The position numbers and the translations under genes are program-made. From the NCBI RefSeq assembly GCF_009914755.1, contig NC_060940.1: 64,000 bases of DNA; one strand, given 5' to 3'. Positions 1 through 14,129 of the stretch are shown here, piece after piece. Each line of letters begins with the position of its first letter. The stretch's first letter is position 1. Under the pieces are notes generated by a model. That model made no database searches. It saw only the letters and a list, made by a program, of their open reading frames with translations, and was not told the DNA's origin. The DNA is from the human T2T-CHM13v2.0 reference genome, Homo sapiens.

Positions 1-1030
1 AAATATATTTTTTTCAATCTTTATAAATTCCTAGGTGGAATGCATTTCTATAACAAAAGACAAATTAACAAGAGAAAAACAGAAGTGTATTAACATGTGT
101 ATTTCACATAGACAGGGGAGATACCCAAGGAAGGAGGATTCTTTAGAGAGATGTCTTTGAATTCTAGCTTAAATAGCATCTTCAACAAAGAACAGTAAGT
201 TTTTTTTCCACCTGAAAAAAAAAACTCATGTATTAAAATATTAAACTTGCTCAGAATATTGGAAAAAGTTGCCTATTTCATAAGTTCTCGTTTGTTTGTG
301 TCCCAAGTGTCTTGTCATTCCAGGCCACTCTAATTCTTGGGTATTAATAAACAGTTTGAGGTATAGTAAGTCCTCTAGATCAGATAAATAAAACTGAAGA
401 TAGTCAGAGTTCCCAAAAGGCAGGCACAGCGTAGTTAGGCAGGACCACAGGGGAAGCAGCAGGGTTGGTCAGGATGCAGAGGGAGGGGTACTCCGAGCAA
501 GCACCTTTCCTGTGCTGCCTGACACGTTTGTGCCCTCCATTATCTACTCGTTCAGCGCACATTCACTGCCCACTGGGCCTGTTCCAGCGACCAAAGCACG
601 CCAAGGGGAGAAGCAGGCAGAGATCTCCATTTCAGTGGGCTGACAGCCCACCAAGATGCCCGTGGTCCCACCCTTCAGAGAACCGTAAGTTTTTAGAGAA
701 GCAGCAAGACAAAGAAAAAGAACATTGAGTCTCTACAGGAAGGTAAGTAGATGAAACACAGAGGCTAGTTCGCAAAGCTTGTTAATGTTGTTTCCTCTGG
801 TACCATCTCCAGGCCAATGAGGGTCATAGGTATCTTCAGTGATTTACCTTTGTTCTCCCTGATTGAGAGGGGGAGTGGGACAATTTGTCTTCGTAAGTCT
901 ATGCCATGCTTTTGGTCAAATAGAAGGAAGAGCAGAGAGCTTTTCTGCGTTTGCCTTTTCTTAGTTGCTTTCACCTCAACAATCCTTCCTGTTTGGAGAT
1001 GGTGTATGTTGATCTGCAACATACCCATTA
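1..1030. mobile_element. Old ERV1-type LTR (MER34/MER4-group-like), split into 1-200 and 690-1030 by an insert
   Basis: Characteristic ATAACAAAAGACAAATTAACAAGAGAAAA ... GCAGAGAGCTTTTC motifs. The two pieces read continuously across AACAGTAAGTTTT/TTTTAGAGAAG. Family assignment is tentative. Confidence 0.55.
509..689 (+). repeat. Left arm of a 181-bp inverted repeat
   Basis: Reverse complement of 1448-1628, with 8 substitutions counted by eye. Confidence 0.95.
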
Positions 1031-1064
1031 GCTACGTAGCCATTAACAAAAACAAACAACACTG

Positions 1065-1240
1065 ACAACTACCATTTATTGAGCACAAACTGAATACCGG
1101 TCCTCTACGTATATTATCTCATCTCATCTTCACAACAGCCCTGGAAGCTAGACAATATCTTACAAGTTTGCAGATGAAACAGAGGCCCACGTTTGCAGAG
1201 CTATCACGTGGTAAGGATGGAATTCATTCCCAGGTCCGAT
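1065..1240 (-). mobile_element. MIR
   Basis: CATTTATTGAGCAC...TCTTCACAACAGCCCT...TTGCAGATGAAACAGAGGC core. Confidence 0.65.
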
Positions 1241-1447
1241 TCTTCCAAGACCTGCCCCCTTTCCCGTTGCACTTTGTGGCAGGCATCTTCTGTCAGCTGC
1301 TCTGGAGAAGCACTGCTTTTTCTCATACTAAAATCCAAAAATTTCTCCAAGGGCTCCTCAGAAGGAGGGCCCTGTGTAAGATAATGAGCTTTGCAAGAGC
1401 CTTAGAGCAAACACAAAAGCAAATTAAAGGGTGATTTCTCAGCCACC

Positions 1448-1628
1448 CTTACGGTTCTCTGAGGGGTGGGACCACGGGCATCTTGGTGGGCTGTCAGCCC
1501 ATTGAAATGGAGATATCCGCCTGCTTCTCCCCTTGGCGTGCTTTGGTTGCTGGAACAGGCCCAGAGGGCAGTGAATGTGTGCTGAACGAGTAGATAACGG
1601 AGGGCACAAACGTGTCAGGCAGCACAGG
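1448..1628 (-). repeat. Right arm of a 181-bp inverted repeat
   Basis: Reverse complement of 509-689. Confidence 0.95.
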
Positions 1629-1927
1629 CACGGTGGCTCACGCCTGTAATCCCAGCACTTTGGGAGGCCGAGGCAGGTGGATCACAAGGTCAGGAGTTCA
1701 ATACCAGCCTGGCCAAGATGGTGAAAGCCCGTCTCTACTAAAAATACAAAAAAAAAAAAAAAAATTAGCCAGGTGTGGTGGTGGGTGCCTGGAATCCCAG
1801 CTACTTGGGAGGCTGAGGCAGAGAATTGCTTGAACCTGGGAGGCAGAGATTACAGTGACCTGAGATCGCACCACTGCACTCCAGCCTGGGTGACAGAGTG
1901 AGATTCCGTCTCAAAGGAAAAAAAAAA
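1627..1927 (+). mobile_element. AluS (Sg-like)
   Basis: Dimeric Alu with an extended middle A tract and an A tail; the first few bases are missing. Confidence 0.95.
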
Positions 1928-2980
1928 TTGAAAGGATGATTTTTCACTTGGCTCCTACATACAGGTGGCTAGCATCATGCCAAGGTGAAGTTTGGCAAGA
2001 AAGCATCCTACAGGGGGATAACCATGACCTGATGGGACGTTCCTATTTTTCTTTTAAACATGCCAGTGTAAAACCATTCCAACAGAGACTTCTAGTCTAT
2101 AGCACTCGGAGGCCTTAGCAATTGGAGTCCACGTTCTACCGCTGGTATCTGACTAGTGAACTCCTAAGAGGTCAGCCCTGCTTTAGTTAACACCTGCAGG
2201 GAGGTAATGAGCTGCAGCTTGGACTGAAGTAATTACCCACGTTAGAGACAGAGGGAGGCTGAGCGGGACCCATGTCAGCCAGACAATGAGCTGTTGAGAA
2301 AAAGGACTAACAAAGCGGGTGGTGGCAGGGAGGTGGTAGTGAGATGTGTTTGGGAGGCTGAATTTCTATCAAGCACATTTTTAATTAGGACTGAAACAGC
2401 TAAAAAAATTAACCAACACAAAACTCAAAACTTCATGTACAGTACTCCCGTAAGTACCAGACACATACAGTGATGTATAGTCACAATCTTGCCTTGATCC
2501 TACATCCTGGTACTTTTTAATGATGTATTTATGAAGTGCCTGCTATGCATACAGGACTAGGTTCTGGGATATAGTGTGAGTCCTGCCATCATGGACTCTT
2601 CCCTTTCTGGGGCGTCTGGGCTCTGCCTCTCACTTGAGCTGTGGAAAGCGAATCTCAGGAAGGGAGAGGGAAATTCACTTTGCCCCAGTGGATGAAGATT
2701 ATGATGCCGAGCTTTCTTGTGTGCTGTGTAATTGACATCCATGAGCCTATTCCCTCGAAATTCTGAGGATGACAGATTACCCTGCTGGTGGGTAACTAAG
2801 GCCAGAACTAAAATTCAGTTCTCTCTGACTGTAAACCAAATTTATTCCACAGTAGTTCTCTGCTTCTTGACTTTTTGAAAGTCAAGAGGCTCAAGTCATT
2901 GGTTCATTAAGTGCATTAAAATGTTTCTCTTGAGTTATTTGTAACCTTCTCCCTTTTTTGGGCAAATCTCAAATGAAAAT

Positions 2981-3732
2981 TGTAAACTAAAAATAAAATC
3001 CTAAACCCCCCAACCAACTAAACAGACCCCGCTTTTGGTGAGGGGGCCCTCAGAAAAACCTTAAAAACTGAATTCCCAGTCATGACCAGAAGGTTGGTTG
3101 GATATGCCTCACTATACCCCCTTTTTTTGGAGTTTAAGCACAACTGACCAGCATTAATGTTGAAATAGAGATTATAAGACTGACAGAATAGACTCTTCGT
3201 GGTAATAAGATACCAGATTATAAACAAGACCTAAGACCATGAGAAGCAAGGGTTAAGTCCTGCCCTACAAACCATAAAATCTTGTTAAATGTTTTGTTTT
3301 TTTCTTAAATCTAGTATAATGTGGCTTACTTTTTAACCTGACTCTGTTTTACCATCACATGATAGACAGCAGGCCTCCTTATCTTAATTTAAGCATTCCT
3401 TTGCACTGACTTTCAGTCTTTAGACAAAGCTGAACTCTTTCAACCAATTGCAAATTAAAGAATCTCTGAATCCACCTATAACCTGTAAGCCTCTGCTTCA
3501 AGATATCCTGCCTTTCAGTCCAAACCAACTTATACTTTCTCTATATTGATTTATGTCTTTGCCTGCAACTCCTGCCTCCTTAAAAATGTATAAAACTAAA
3601 CCGTAACCTCACCATCCTGGGCACAGTTTTTCAAGGCTTCTTAGGTTTGTGTTTTCTCTGGGTTACAGTCACTCATATTGACTCAAAATAAACCTCTTTA
3701 AAATATTTTAGAGTTTGGCTTTTCTGTTAACA
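2981..3732 (+). mobile_element. Solo ERV1 LTR (MER39-like)
   Basis: TG...CA ends, 4-bp TSD AAAT (2977-2980/3733-3736), internal TATAAAA and AATAAA. Confidence 0.8.
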
Positions 3733-4624
3733 AAATGAAGCACCTGACCTTTGTTATACATATGCAATGTATCGCTGGTATACCAGTGGTTACTTTTGCA
3801 GCTACCTTGCCTCTTTGAATCCCCAGTGAGAAGTGGAGATTGAGACGGCAACCTTGATGTCAAAATACAACAGAAGCTCCAGAAGCAATGTTGCCACATT
3901 GCTCAAAGCAAATGCAAGCCTCTGAAGTCTGTATTGGAGGCAAATTTTCTCGTGTTGTTTGCACAACTAAAAGAAGACACCGAGGAGAAGCACAAGGCAA
4001 CAGATGGGTGAAGGGGCAGCCTACAGCCCCACTGTGGAGAGGTCAGAAAACAAAACAGCAGACAGAGCTCAAAAAGATCCTTATCCCTGAAAGACAGCCC
4101 CACTCAGCCCTAGCCATTTCAAAGCCTCCTAGTGCCATTGAACTTGGTGAGGTTCCCAGAGGTACCATGTTCTGAGGAATATTAATAAGTCAGGATTACC
4201 TGGGTATAACATTAATCATATCAAGGTTCAATATTAGTAAAACAGGATTCATATAGGGAAAAATTTTATTTTTCCTGCAATGTTTCTCCCTACTCACCAA
4301 CATTCTGTTAGATATTTGATATTATCTCAAGGAAAATGGCAGAGAATGGGCATGCATTGACATACCTTTATTTTACTTTCATTCCTTTGGGCATTTCTAT
4401 TACTCCAACTAATTGCTTAAAAATACTGTGCTAATTCCATTCATTCTTCAGATGAGCATGTAGCCCACTGATACAAAACAATAGAGGTTAACAAGACGTC
4501 TTCAAAGCTGAGTGCTGAAGATAGCAGTGGTGCTTTAAACTTTTGGAGCATCAAAGGAGAGCTTACCTGTGATCTCTTTTTTACATGGGTTACCATAGTG
4601 ATGACAGGGCTTGGCTTGAGAGGA

Positions 4625-4830
4625 AACTGGATAATAATAAGGCTACCATTTTCAAAGAATTTACTGTATGCTAGACACTGTGCTTTTGCCCTGAATCCTC
4701 AGAGAGATTTCACCATCCGCCTTTTACAGATGAGGAAGCTGAGGCACAGGGGGTTAAGTATCTTGCACAAAGTCTTCCATCTAGAGAATGGCACAAACCA
4801 GGATTCAAATCCAGGCATTCTGACTCCAGA
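4625..4830 (-). mobile_element. MIR
   Basis: TTTTACAGATGAGGAAGCTGAGGCACAG core. Confidence 0.75.
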
Positions 4831-4894
4831 GCTGTCTCCAAAGCATCAATATTAGCTGCTTGGAAAAAGTGGTGAAATATGGAGATGCTTATAA

Positions 4895-5188
<294 letters not shown>

Positions 5189-5648
5189 GACGGTTATGAT
5201 ATTAGTGCATATTTGTCTTTCTGACTTCCGTGGCAGGATAAATATTCAATGAGCCTGTCCCTACCTTTGGAGGCAAAGGCAGTCTCTTATAAAGTTACCT
5301 TGGAACCATGAAGGGGCAGCTGTGACTGAGGATGGCTCCACATACATACAACATCCTGTATCATGAAGAAAAGCTGGATTCTTCTCTGTTTCTAAAGGCA
5401 GAAATTCAGGAGGTCAGAAACTGGTTGGGCACAGAGGACAGTTGATGGAAGGATGAAGAAAAAGAGAATAAATGTTTTCGTTTCATGATAAACACATGTA
5501 AACATCGAACAACTATATGTAGAGGTTCACATGCATCACCTTTTTCTACAACTCAATGTCTGATTATTCAGGATCTACTCAAAGGTAATACTGTACTATA
5601 TGACACAACCATTCTACTCCTAGGTATTTACCTAAGAAAAATAAAGGT

Positions 5649-6543
<895 letters not shown>

Positions 6544-7343
6544 AAATCTATATCTATATAAAGACTTTTACATGCATTTCTATAGCAGCTTTATTTGTAA
6601 TAACCTCAGACTGAAAATAACCCAAATGTCCATTAACAAGTGACTGGATTAACACATTGTGTATCTATTATCCATCCAATGGAATGCTGTACAGCAATAA
6701 AAGGAATGAACTGTTGATACCCATAACAACATGGATGAATCTCAAAAGAATCATGCAAAGTGAAAGAAGCCAGAAAGAAGAGAGCACATGTTTTAGGAAT
6801 CTATTGATATAAAATTCTACAAAATGCAAACTAACCTATAATGATGGAAAGCCAACCCATAATTTGCTCAGGGATGGGAGACAGGGAAGGTGGGGAGAAT
6901 TATAAAGGGGCAAGAGGAAACTTTTTGAACTGATGCATATGTTCATTACCTGGATTATGGTGATGGCTTCACAAGTATATTTGCACGTCAAAACTTTTTC
7001 TATTGTGTACTTTAAACAATGTAGTTTATTGTGTGTCCATTATACCTCAATAAGCTGTCTAAAAAAGAGCAAATGAACATTTTGTTAGAGGAAACCTGCT
7101 TGTCAAGGCAAGGAGTTATGAAACCCCACATTACGATGGCGGAGTGAACCCAGGAGGTGGAGGTTGCAGTGAGCAACCTGGGTTTATTAATTCAGAATGA
7201 TTAGGTGAGAGGAAATAGTCCCACCATGACAGGTGCATGAACATCACATCACAAAGGGTCTTGCAAACTCACCTACAGTATTCTGATTTTATCCCACAGC
7301 TTTGAGGAGCTACTAAAAAGAGTGATGTTTTCAGATTTGTCAT

Positions 7344-7726
7344 TATTATGGGATGAACTGTGCCTCCCTGGAATTCATATGTTGAAGTCCTGACCTTTAA
7401 CCTATCTTAGAATGTCAGTGTATTTGAAGATAGGGTCACTAAAGAGGCAAGTATGGTGAAGTAGTTATACCGGTGGACCTAAATACAATATGTCTGGTGT
7501 TCTTAGAAGAAGAAGAGATTAGGACATAGACATGCAGAGAGAAATGACCACGTGGAGATACAGGGAGAAGACAGCCATCAACAAACTAAGGAGAGGGGCC
7601 TCAGAAAAAAACAACTCTGGTCGACATTTTATCTTGGGCTTCCAGAACCGTGAGAAAATGCATTTCTGTTGTTTAACCCACCAAGTCTGTGGTACTTTGT
7701 TATGGCAGCCCCAGGAAACTAATACA
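7344..7726 (+). mobile_element. MaLR LTR (MLT1B-like)
   Basis: TTCATATGTTGAAGTCCT ... TTGTTATGGCAGCCCCAGGAAACTAATACA; 5-bp TSD GTCAT. Confidence 0.85.
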
Positions 7727-7859
7727 GTCATCCAGGGAGGTCATGATGGCTGTGATGGGTAAAATGATGGGTCATGATGGCTGTCTCAGTAATCCAGCTG
7801 AGCTAGGGAGACCCAACCTGGACTGATGGGTTTGAGAGTTTTTCCTTTTTAGGACTTAA

Positions 7860-8340
7860 TCTAGGAGATGATGCCAAGGTATATACTGAGAATGACTCCC
7901 AAGTTTCTGGCTTGATTGACTAAGAACTCCCTGCCAGAATCACAGCTGCATGAGGAAGAGTAGGTTTTGAAGGAAATAGACAACTATCGATTTTTGCCAC
8001 ATTGAGTTTGAGGCAATCATGGAATTTTCCCACTGGAGAGGTACAGTCAGTACTTGGAGACATGAACCTGGAGCCTGGCAGTCTATTCCAGCCTTGAGAG
8101 ATAGACATGGAATCTTCCAGCTAAGAGCTTAGGACTGCAATCTGCAAGCAACAGGGAGCACTCCAGGGAGGTGGTGAGATTTGTGCTTTGGGGAGTTCAT
8201 TTTTAATGGTGTAGAGAAAAAATTAGAACAAAGGGAAAAGATCAGACAGAGGGCCATAGCAGTAATCTAGTTGAAAGATGTGGAATACTGAACTAAGCCA
8301 ATGGCCATGGGGAAGCAGAAGGAGATAAAAGTCAAGAGGC
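7860..8340 (+). mobile_element. L2 fragments
   Basis: AATGACTCCCAAGTTTCTGGCTTG and TTGAGTTTGAGG L2-like motifs. Confidence 0.5.
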
Positions 8341-9233
8341 AGAGTTCAGAAGTGAGCAGTAAGGAGAAGGCAGATGAGAGGCAAAGAGTACGCTGCCATG
8401 GGGTGGGGGGCAGTGGGAAAATGCCGTCATGATTCAAAAGTTTCCATTGAAAACTCTTCACAGCTGATGAGACCTAGGTCAGGAGGCCAGAAGGTCTGGC
8501 TGCTGGGACAAAAGGCATGCTGGAAGTTTTGCAGCAAAACTCAAGAGTTCTTTTTCTTCCTTTCTCATAGTGGAATTTCTGTGTCCTTTAGCTGGGTAGT
8601 GTAGACTGCCAAGGGTCACCTGAGCAGGGAGAATACACATGCACTCACCAATAATTCAGTCAGCATGCTGCTCTTCCGATGATGTAATTCCACAGTCTCT
8701 TTAAGATCCTGCATTTACAACTCAGAGATCATTTGAAAGTCTCTTGCCACCCTCCTGCCTTCTGGGTTCTCAGTTTAATAAATGCTGCTTTCTTCCTTTG
8801 GAAAGTCTCCTTCATAAAGCAATTGGGAAACTGTCAGTTACTCACCAGACACGAAGGAGACCAAGAGAGCAGGCTAAGAATGTTCGGTACGCCTGGGTAA
8901 ATGCCTTCCTTCCCCTTCTCCTGGAAGGAAACAGAAGCTCAGTATATCTGCTAGACACATTGCCACACAAAATAAACTCTCCGGGCATCTTTCTTTCCCA
9001 AGCCACCATTTTAAGGATGTGTCTTCCTAAATAGAGGCAAATGGATCTAATGAATGTGAAATGGACATAGAGCTCACATAGGGCTCTGCATTGAGCAATG
9101 GCCAAGCAGGATTACAGAACTCTGGTTTGCTCAAAAGGGAGGTGCTGGAGAAAAATGTAACCCTGTCTTGTCTGTTACCGAAACAGAGAGTTTGCATTTC
9201 TTTCTTGGGTTTTTAGAGCAAGGAAGGATTTTT

Positions 9234-10145
9234 AAATTTTATCTTCAAAGGCTTTGCATTTTATTTCTTTATTTTTTATTTATGCAAGTGTATGGGGTAC
9301 ATGAGAAAATTCATTACGTGTATATAATGTGCAGTGATTGAGTCAGGGTGTTCATGACCTTAGTACGATACTCTTCGGCTAAGCATAGTCATCCTATTCT
9401 GCTACCAAACCTTGAATTTATTCCTTTTACCTCACTGTACGCTTGTGCCCTTTTTTAAGCATTTATTTTAAGTTTAGGGGTACAGGGGCTGGTTTGTTAC
9501 ATAGGTAAATGTGTGTCATGGGGTTCGTTGTACAGATTATTTCATTACCCAGGTATTAAGCCTTATACCCATTAGTTATTTTTCCTGATCCTCTCCCTCC
9601 TCCCATCTTCCGCCTTCCACACAGGCCCCAGTGTGTGTTGTTCCACTCTATATGTCCATGTGTTCTCATCATTTAGCTCCCACTTATAAGCGAGAACATG
9701 CAGTATTTTGTTTTCTGTGCCTGCATTAGTTTGCTAAGGATAATGGCCTCCAGCCCCATCTATGTCCCTGCAGAGGACATGATCTTGTACTTTTTTACAG
9801 CTGTGTAGTATTCCATGGTGTTAAAAACTCTCTCAATAAACTAGGTGTTGAAGGAACACACCTCAAAATAGTAAGAGCCATATATGACAAACCCACAGCC
9901 AACATTGTATTGAATGGGCAAAAGCTGGAAGCAGTCCCCTTGAAAACTGGCACAAGACAAGGATGCCCTCTCTTACCACTCCTATTATAGTGTTGGAAAT
10001 TCTGGCCAGGGCAATCAGGCAAAAGAAAGAAATAAAGGGTATCCGAATAAGAAGAGAGGAAGTCAAACTATCCCTGTTTGCAGACAACATGATTATATAT
10101 TGAGAAAATGCCCCCATAGTCTCAGCCCAAAAGCTTCTTAAGCTG
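9234..10145 (-). mobile_element. Older L1PA insertion: minus-strand 3' end (9455-9820), inverted ORF2 RT fragment (9821-10145, +) and adjacent L1MA-like 3' fragment (9265-9450)
   Basis: An L1 3' UTR on minus is joined directly to plus-strand RT sequence (AAAACTGGCACAAGACAAGGATGCCC...TTTGCAGACAACATG); the whole is flanked by AGGAAGGATTTTT at 9221-9233 and 10146-10158. Confidence 0.85.
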
Positions 10146-10612
10146 AGGAAGGATTTTTGATGTAATCTGTCAAGTCATCAACCAGTACAAGGCAAGGGGT
10201 TACAGAATTTCATGGTAGCACTTCAATTCTATGGGATGGAGAAGATGGAGAGAGTCAGAGAGGTGGGCAGATCCCAAACCACAAAAAGGGTGATGTGCTC
10301 ACCTAAAGACATCTTAATTTTATCCTGAAAGCTTTAAAGAGAAGGTCATGGTAGCTGACATGGGTCAGATGAAGTCAGCCAAAAGGCAGGGAGACTTTAA
10401 AGTCCCAGGGGCTGAATCAAGGTGACAGGGAGGATTAGGGGTGAAGAAAGGACTAGTATGGGTATGGGAGGGTGCTGGCTCTCTATCTGAGGTCAGTCAC
10501 TCCAACCCACTCACCTTCATGGCTTGGTTCTGAGCCTGCAGCTAATATTCCTTACTAGTGCTCTCTGGCTGAACCCCAAGAAATTAACCTTGCTAATGTT
10601 TTTTGGTTCTTG

Positions 10613-10913
<301 letters not shown>

Positions 10914-10969
10914 AACACCTCTCTAATATTATCCTGTGACCTAGGCCCTATCAGTGCTAATACAGCTCT

Positions 10970-11280
10970 ACTAACTGTTCCGTTCCTCAAAGCACCAAGT
11001 TTGTTTCTGCCTCAGGGCCTTTGCACATTCTGCTACCTCTGCCTAGAATGCACTTCTGGTTCACTCTTTCTCTGCAAATGCTGCCTCATCCTTCAAGATT
11101 CAGCATATATCGTATGTTTAAAACAGGTATTCCTGCCCCTACTCCTCCAGCCAAATTAGAGCCTCCCTCTTGTTTTTCTTAATAGCACATTTGGCAGTTT
11201 GAATTGGTCCACACTGAATTGCTAGCATTTATCCCAGTGCTTGGCATGGAGTCCATGCCCAATAAATATTTGTATGAACA
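10970..11280 (+). mobile_element. L2 3' fragment
   Basis: GCCTCAGGGCCTTTGCACA...CCTAGAATGC...CAATAAATATTTG. Strand is approximate. Confidence 0.6.
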
Positions 11281-11647
11281 CTTGAGACCACGTATAAGAA
11301 ATGTCATCAAAGGAGCTCTGGAGTATCAGAACAACTCTGTTAGAAAGAAGCCCCATTTAGTGAACTTTCGGGCTCCCCAAGGTCTTTGTTCAAATTCTAG
11401 CTCTACTCCTGAATGGCTATGTGGCCCCAGTAATGTTATCTAAGCTAGGAACCTCGGGTTTCTCATGAGTTGATTGCAAATATTTACTTTATTTGTACAG
11501 CTTTTCTGAGATTCAAATAAAAATACATTATATATCCATTTCTAGTATAGTGCCTGATAACTGTTAAGCGCTTGTAAAGATGAGTCCTCTTCCCAGCAAC
11601 AAAGCAAAAGCTGTAATTGCATGGGAGATGGCTTCAACATGTGTAAC

Positions 11648-12021
11648 TGTATTAGTCTGTTCTTGCATTGCTATAAGGAACTATCTGAAACTGGGTAATT
11701 TATGAAGATGAGAGGTTTAATTAACTTACAGTTCTGCAGGCTGTACAGGAAACATGGCTGGGGAGGCTTCAGGAAACTTACAATCATGGTGAAAGGTGAA
11801 GGGGAAGCAGGTACATCTTCGCATGGTGGAGCAGGAGAGAGAGAGCAAAGGGGAAAGTGCTGCACACTTTTAGACAACTAGATCTCGTGAGAACTCACTG
11901 TCACAAGAACAGCAAGGGGGAAGTCCGCCCCCATGATTCAGTCACCTCCCACCCTTCTCCAACATTGAGGATTACAATTTGACATGAGATGTCTGTGGGG
12001 ACAAAGAGCCAAACCATATGA
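11648..12021 (-). mobile_element. MaLR LTR (THE1D/MSTA-like)
   Basis: TGTATTAGTCTGTTCT...AGCCAAACCATAT; near-TSD GTAAC/GCAAC. Confidence 0.9.
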
Positions 12022-12039
12022 GCAACATTGACCTCGAAG

Positions 12040-12310
12040 CTTGGTGCCTGACTGTCTTGGTTTGAAACCCAAATCTGCCACTCACTATCTGAATGTTGTC
12101 AAGAAATGTACTCAGCTTCTCTGAGCCTCAGTTTCCTCAAATGCAAAATGTAGATCTTCATGGACCTCATAAGGCTACTATAGAATGCAATGCATGTATT
12201 TACATACCAAGCCCTTGAAGCAGCATCTGACACTTGACAAATGCTATGAAAGTTTCAGTGATGATTATTAATATGCTTAGAACAATGCCTGGTATATTGT
12301 AAGTATGTAC
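12040..12310 (+). mobile_element. MIR
   Basis: CTCTGAGCCTCAGTTTCCTCA...AAAATG core. Confidence 0.7.
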
Positions 12311-13429
12311 TCATGTTATCTATGATTGATCAAATTTGCTTGAGTCTATTCAATGGGATTCATAAGCAATGAGAACTGATGGGATGGGGGGGGTCTCTGG
12401 CAGCTGGTGTTTGGAACTCTGACAATTCAGCACCCCAGCAGGTGGTGGCAGGGTGCTGTTGCTTTAAGAAGATATCAAAGTTGCTTTTCCTTTAAAACGT
12501 AAAAACTAGTGAGAATATCAATGCTTAGAATTGGGGCTTGGGATTCAGATTTATACCTTTCACTTGATGTGAAATGTTCTAATCTTGCAAATTGTAAGCA
12601 CGTCTCCTCTTTGGAACATAATTTCACAGATATATATTAAGAGTGCCTATCTGGGAGGGTTTTTGTTTGTGAGTCTGTTTTAAGCATTTGAAAAATATTT
12701 AAGAGTTTGAGGCATCAGGGTAGCAAAGAACCCTTATTTTGCTTCTGGTATCTTACAGCACAGCTTCCCTCTGGGAAATAAAATGTGAACAATTTGGTGG
12801 CTGGTAACAGGGACAGGGCACCTCCATCTGGCTGGAATTGTTTTCCGGATTCTAACTAGTAAATTAGCACATGCTCTGACTGCCTGGGACATAATTCTCT
12901 TTAATGACTGGTTTCCTTTTGCACCTCAGAGCAGCTTGAAGAGAAAAATCAAAGGTGCCAAAGACCACTGACTGCAGTTTGCTGGGTTCTGACTTCTCAG
13001 GCATGAGAGATTGTACAGGGATAAAGAGAACTAAGGTCAGGAAAGCCCCTTATCCATGTTAAAGAGTGGAAGCTGCAGCCTGGGGTTGCCACCAGGCCAC
13101 ATAGTGGGTAAAGCAGCCCGGGCTGAGATTTGCTCCCAGGAAACTGTGGCCTGTGGGTCCAGGGATCTTTTCTCGGGGTCTGGGAGTCTTTGTTTATTGA
13201 AGAACCATTGTCCAACAGCTCAGGCTTACCTTGGCACACATAGGCCAACTGCATGTTCCTTCTTAGACACATTTTTCCTACCCAGAAATAATAAAGAAGC
13301 AGGGAAGACTTAAGATGAGAAAGCCAAGGTTCTTCCCCAATCACTGAAGGATGTAGAAACTACAGATAGAGGGTTAGGTCATTGACATGAAACCAGATAA
13401 TTAATGACTGAGTAATGCAAAAAGTCATA

Positions 13430-13980
13430 CACATAAACGTACTTATTCCCAATAGCCAGGGCCTTACATGGCCCACACCCCCGACCATCTTCTCTCTAAC
13501 CTCATTCCCTTGCCTCCACCCCCTTGCTCAGTCTGGCCTTCTCACGGTTCCTCAGTCACCCCAGCGTGCTTCAGTCTCTGGGTCTTTGCCCTGCCTCTTC
13601 CCTCTACCCAGAATGCTCTACCTGCAAATATTCCATGGTTCACTCCCTCACGTCCTTCCTGTCTTTGTTCTGTTGTCTTCTTGGCAAGGCCTTCCATGAC
13701 TACGCAACTTAAAACTGACACCCACTGTCAGTCCCAAACACACCCACCCCAGACCTTCCAATCTCCCTCTCCCCACTCTGCTTTTTCTTCTTCATTTCAC
13801 TTACTGCCTTTCATGTAAATACTACATAACTTACTTATGCTTATTATATATTATCTGCCTCCTCCCACTAGAATGTAAACTGCACCAGGGTAGGAGTCTT
13901 TTTGTTCATTGATGTACACTGAGAACCCAGGCCATATCCAGTACAAGTAGGATTTCAATAAATACAGGAATGAATGAATA
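13430..13980 (+). mobile_element. L2a 3' end
   Basis: CCTCCCACTAGAATGTAAACT...CAATAAATA...GAATGAATGAAT terminus. Confidence 0.75.
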
Positions 13981-14129
13981 TGGTGGTTTGCTTTACTTCC
14001 CCTTTGCCAGTCAATGGGACATCTATCTTTACTTATGCCAGTGACGGTGGGAGCCCTGTTTGTGTTCACCATGGTACCTCCAGTGCCCTGGAGCATTGTG
14101 TAACAAATGATTGTTAACTGACCTAGTTG

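Noticed and set aside
205-684. Insert as a processed retrocopy flanked by a GTAAGTTTTT TSD
   Set aside because: There is no convincing poly(A) tail or signal, and GTAAG is part of the duplicated arm, so microhomology-mediated template switching fits better. It is not fully excluded.
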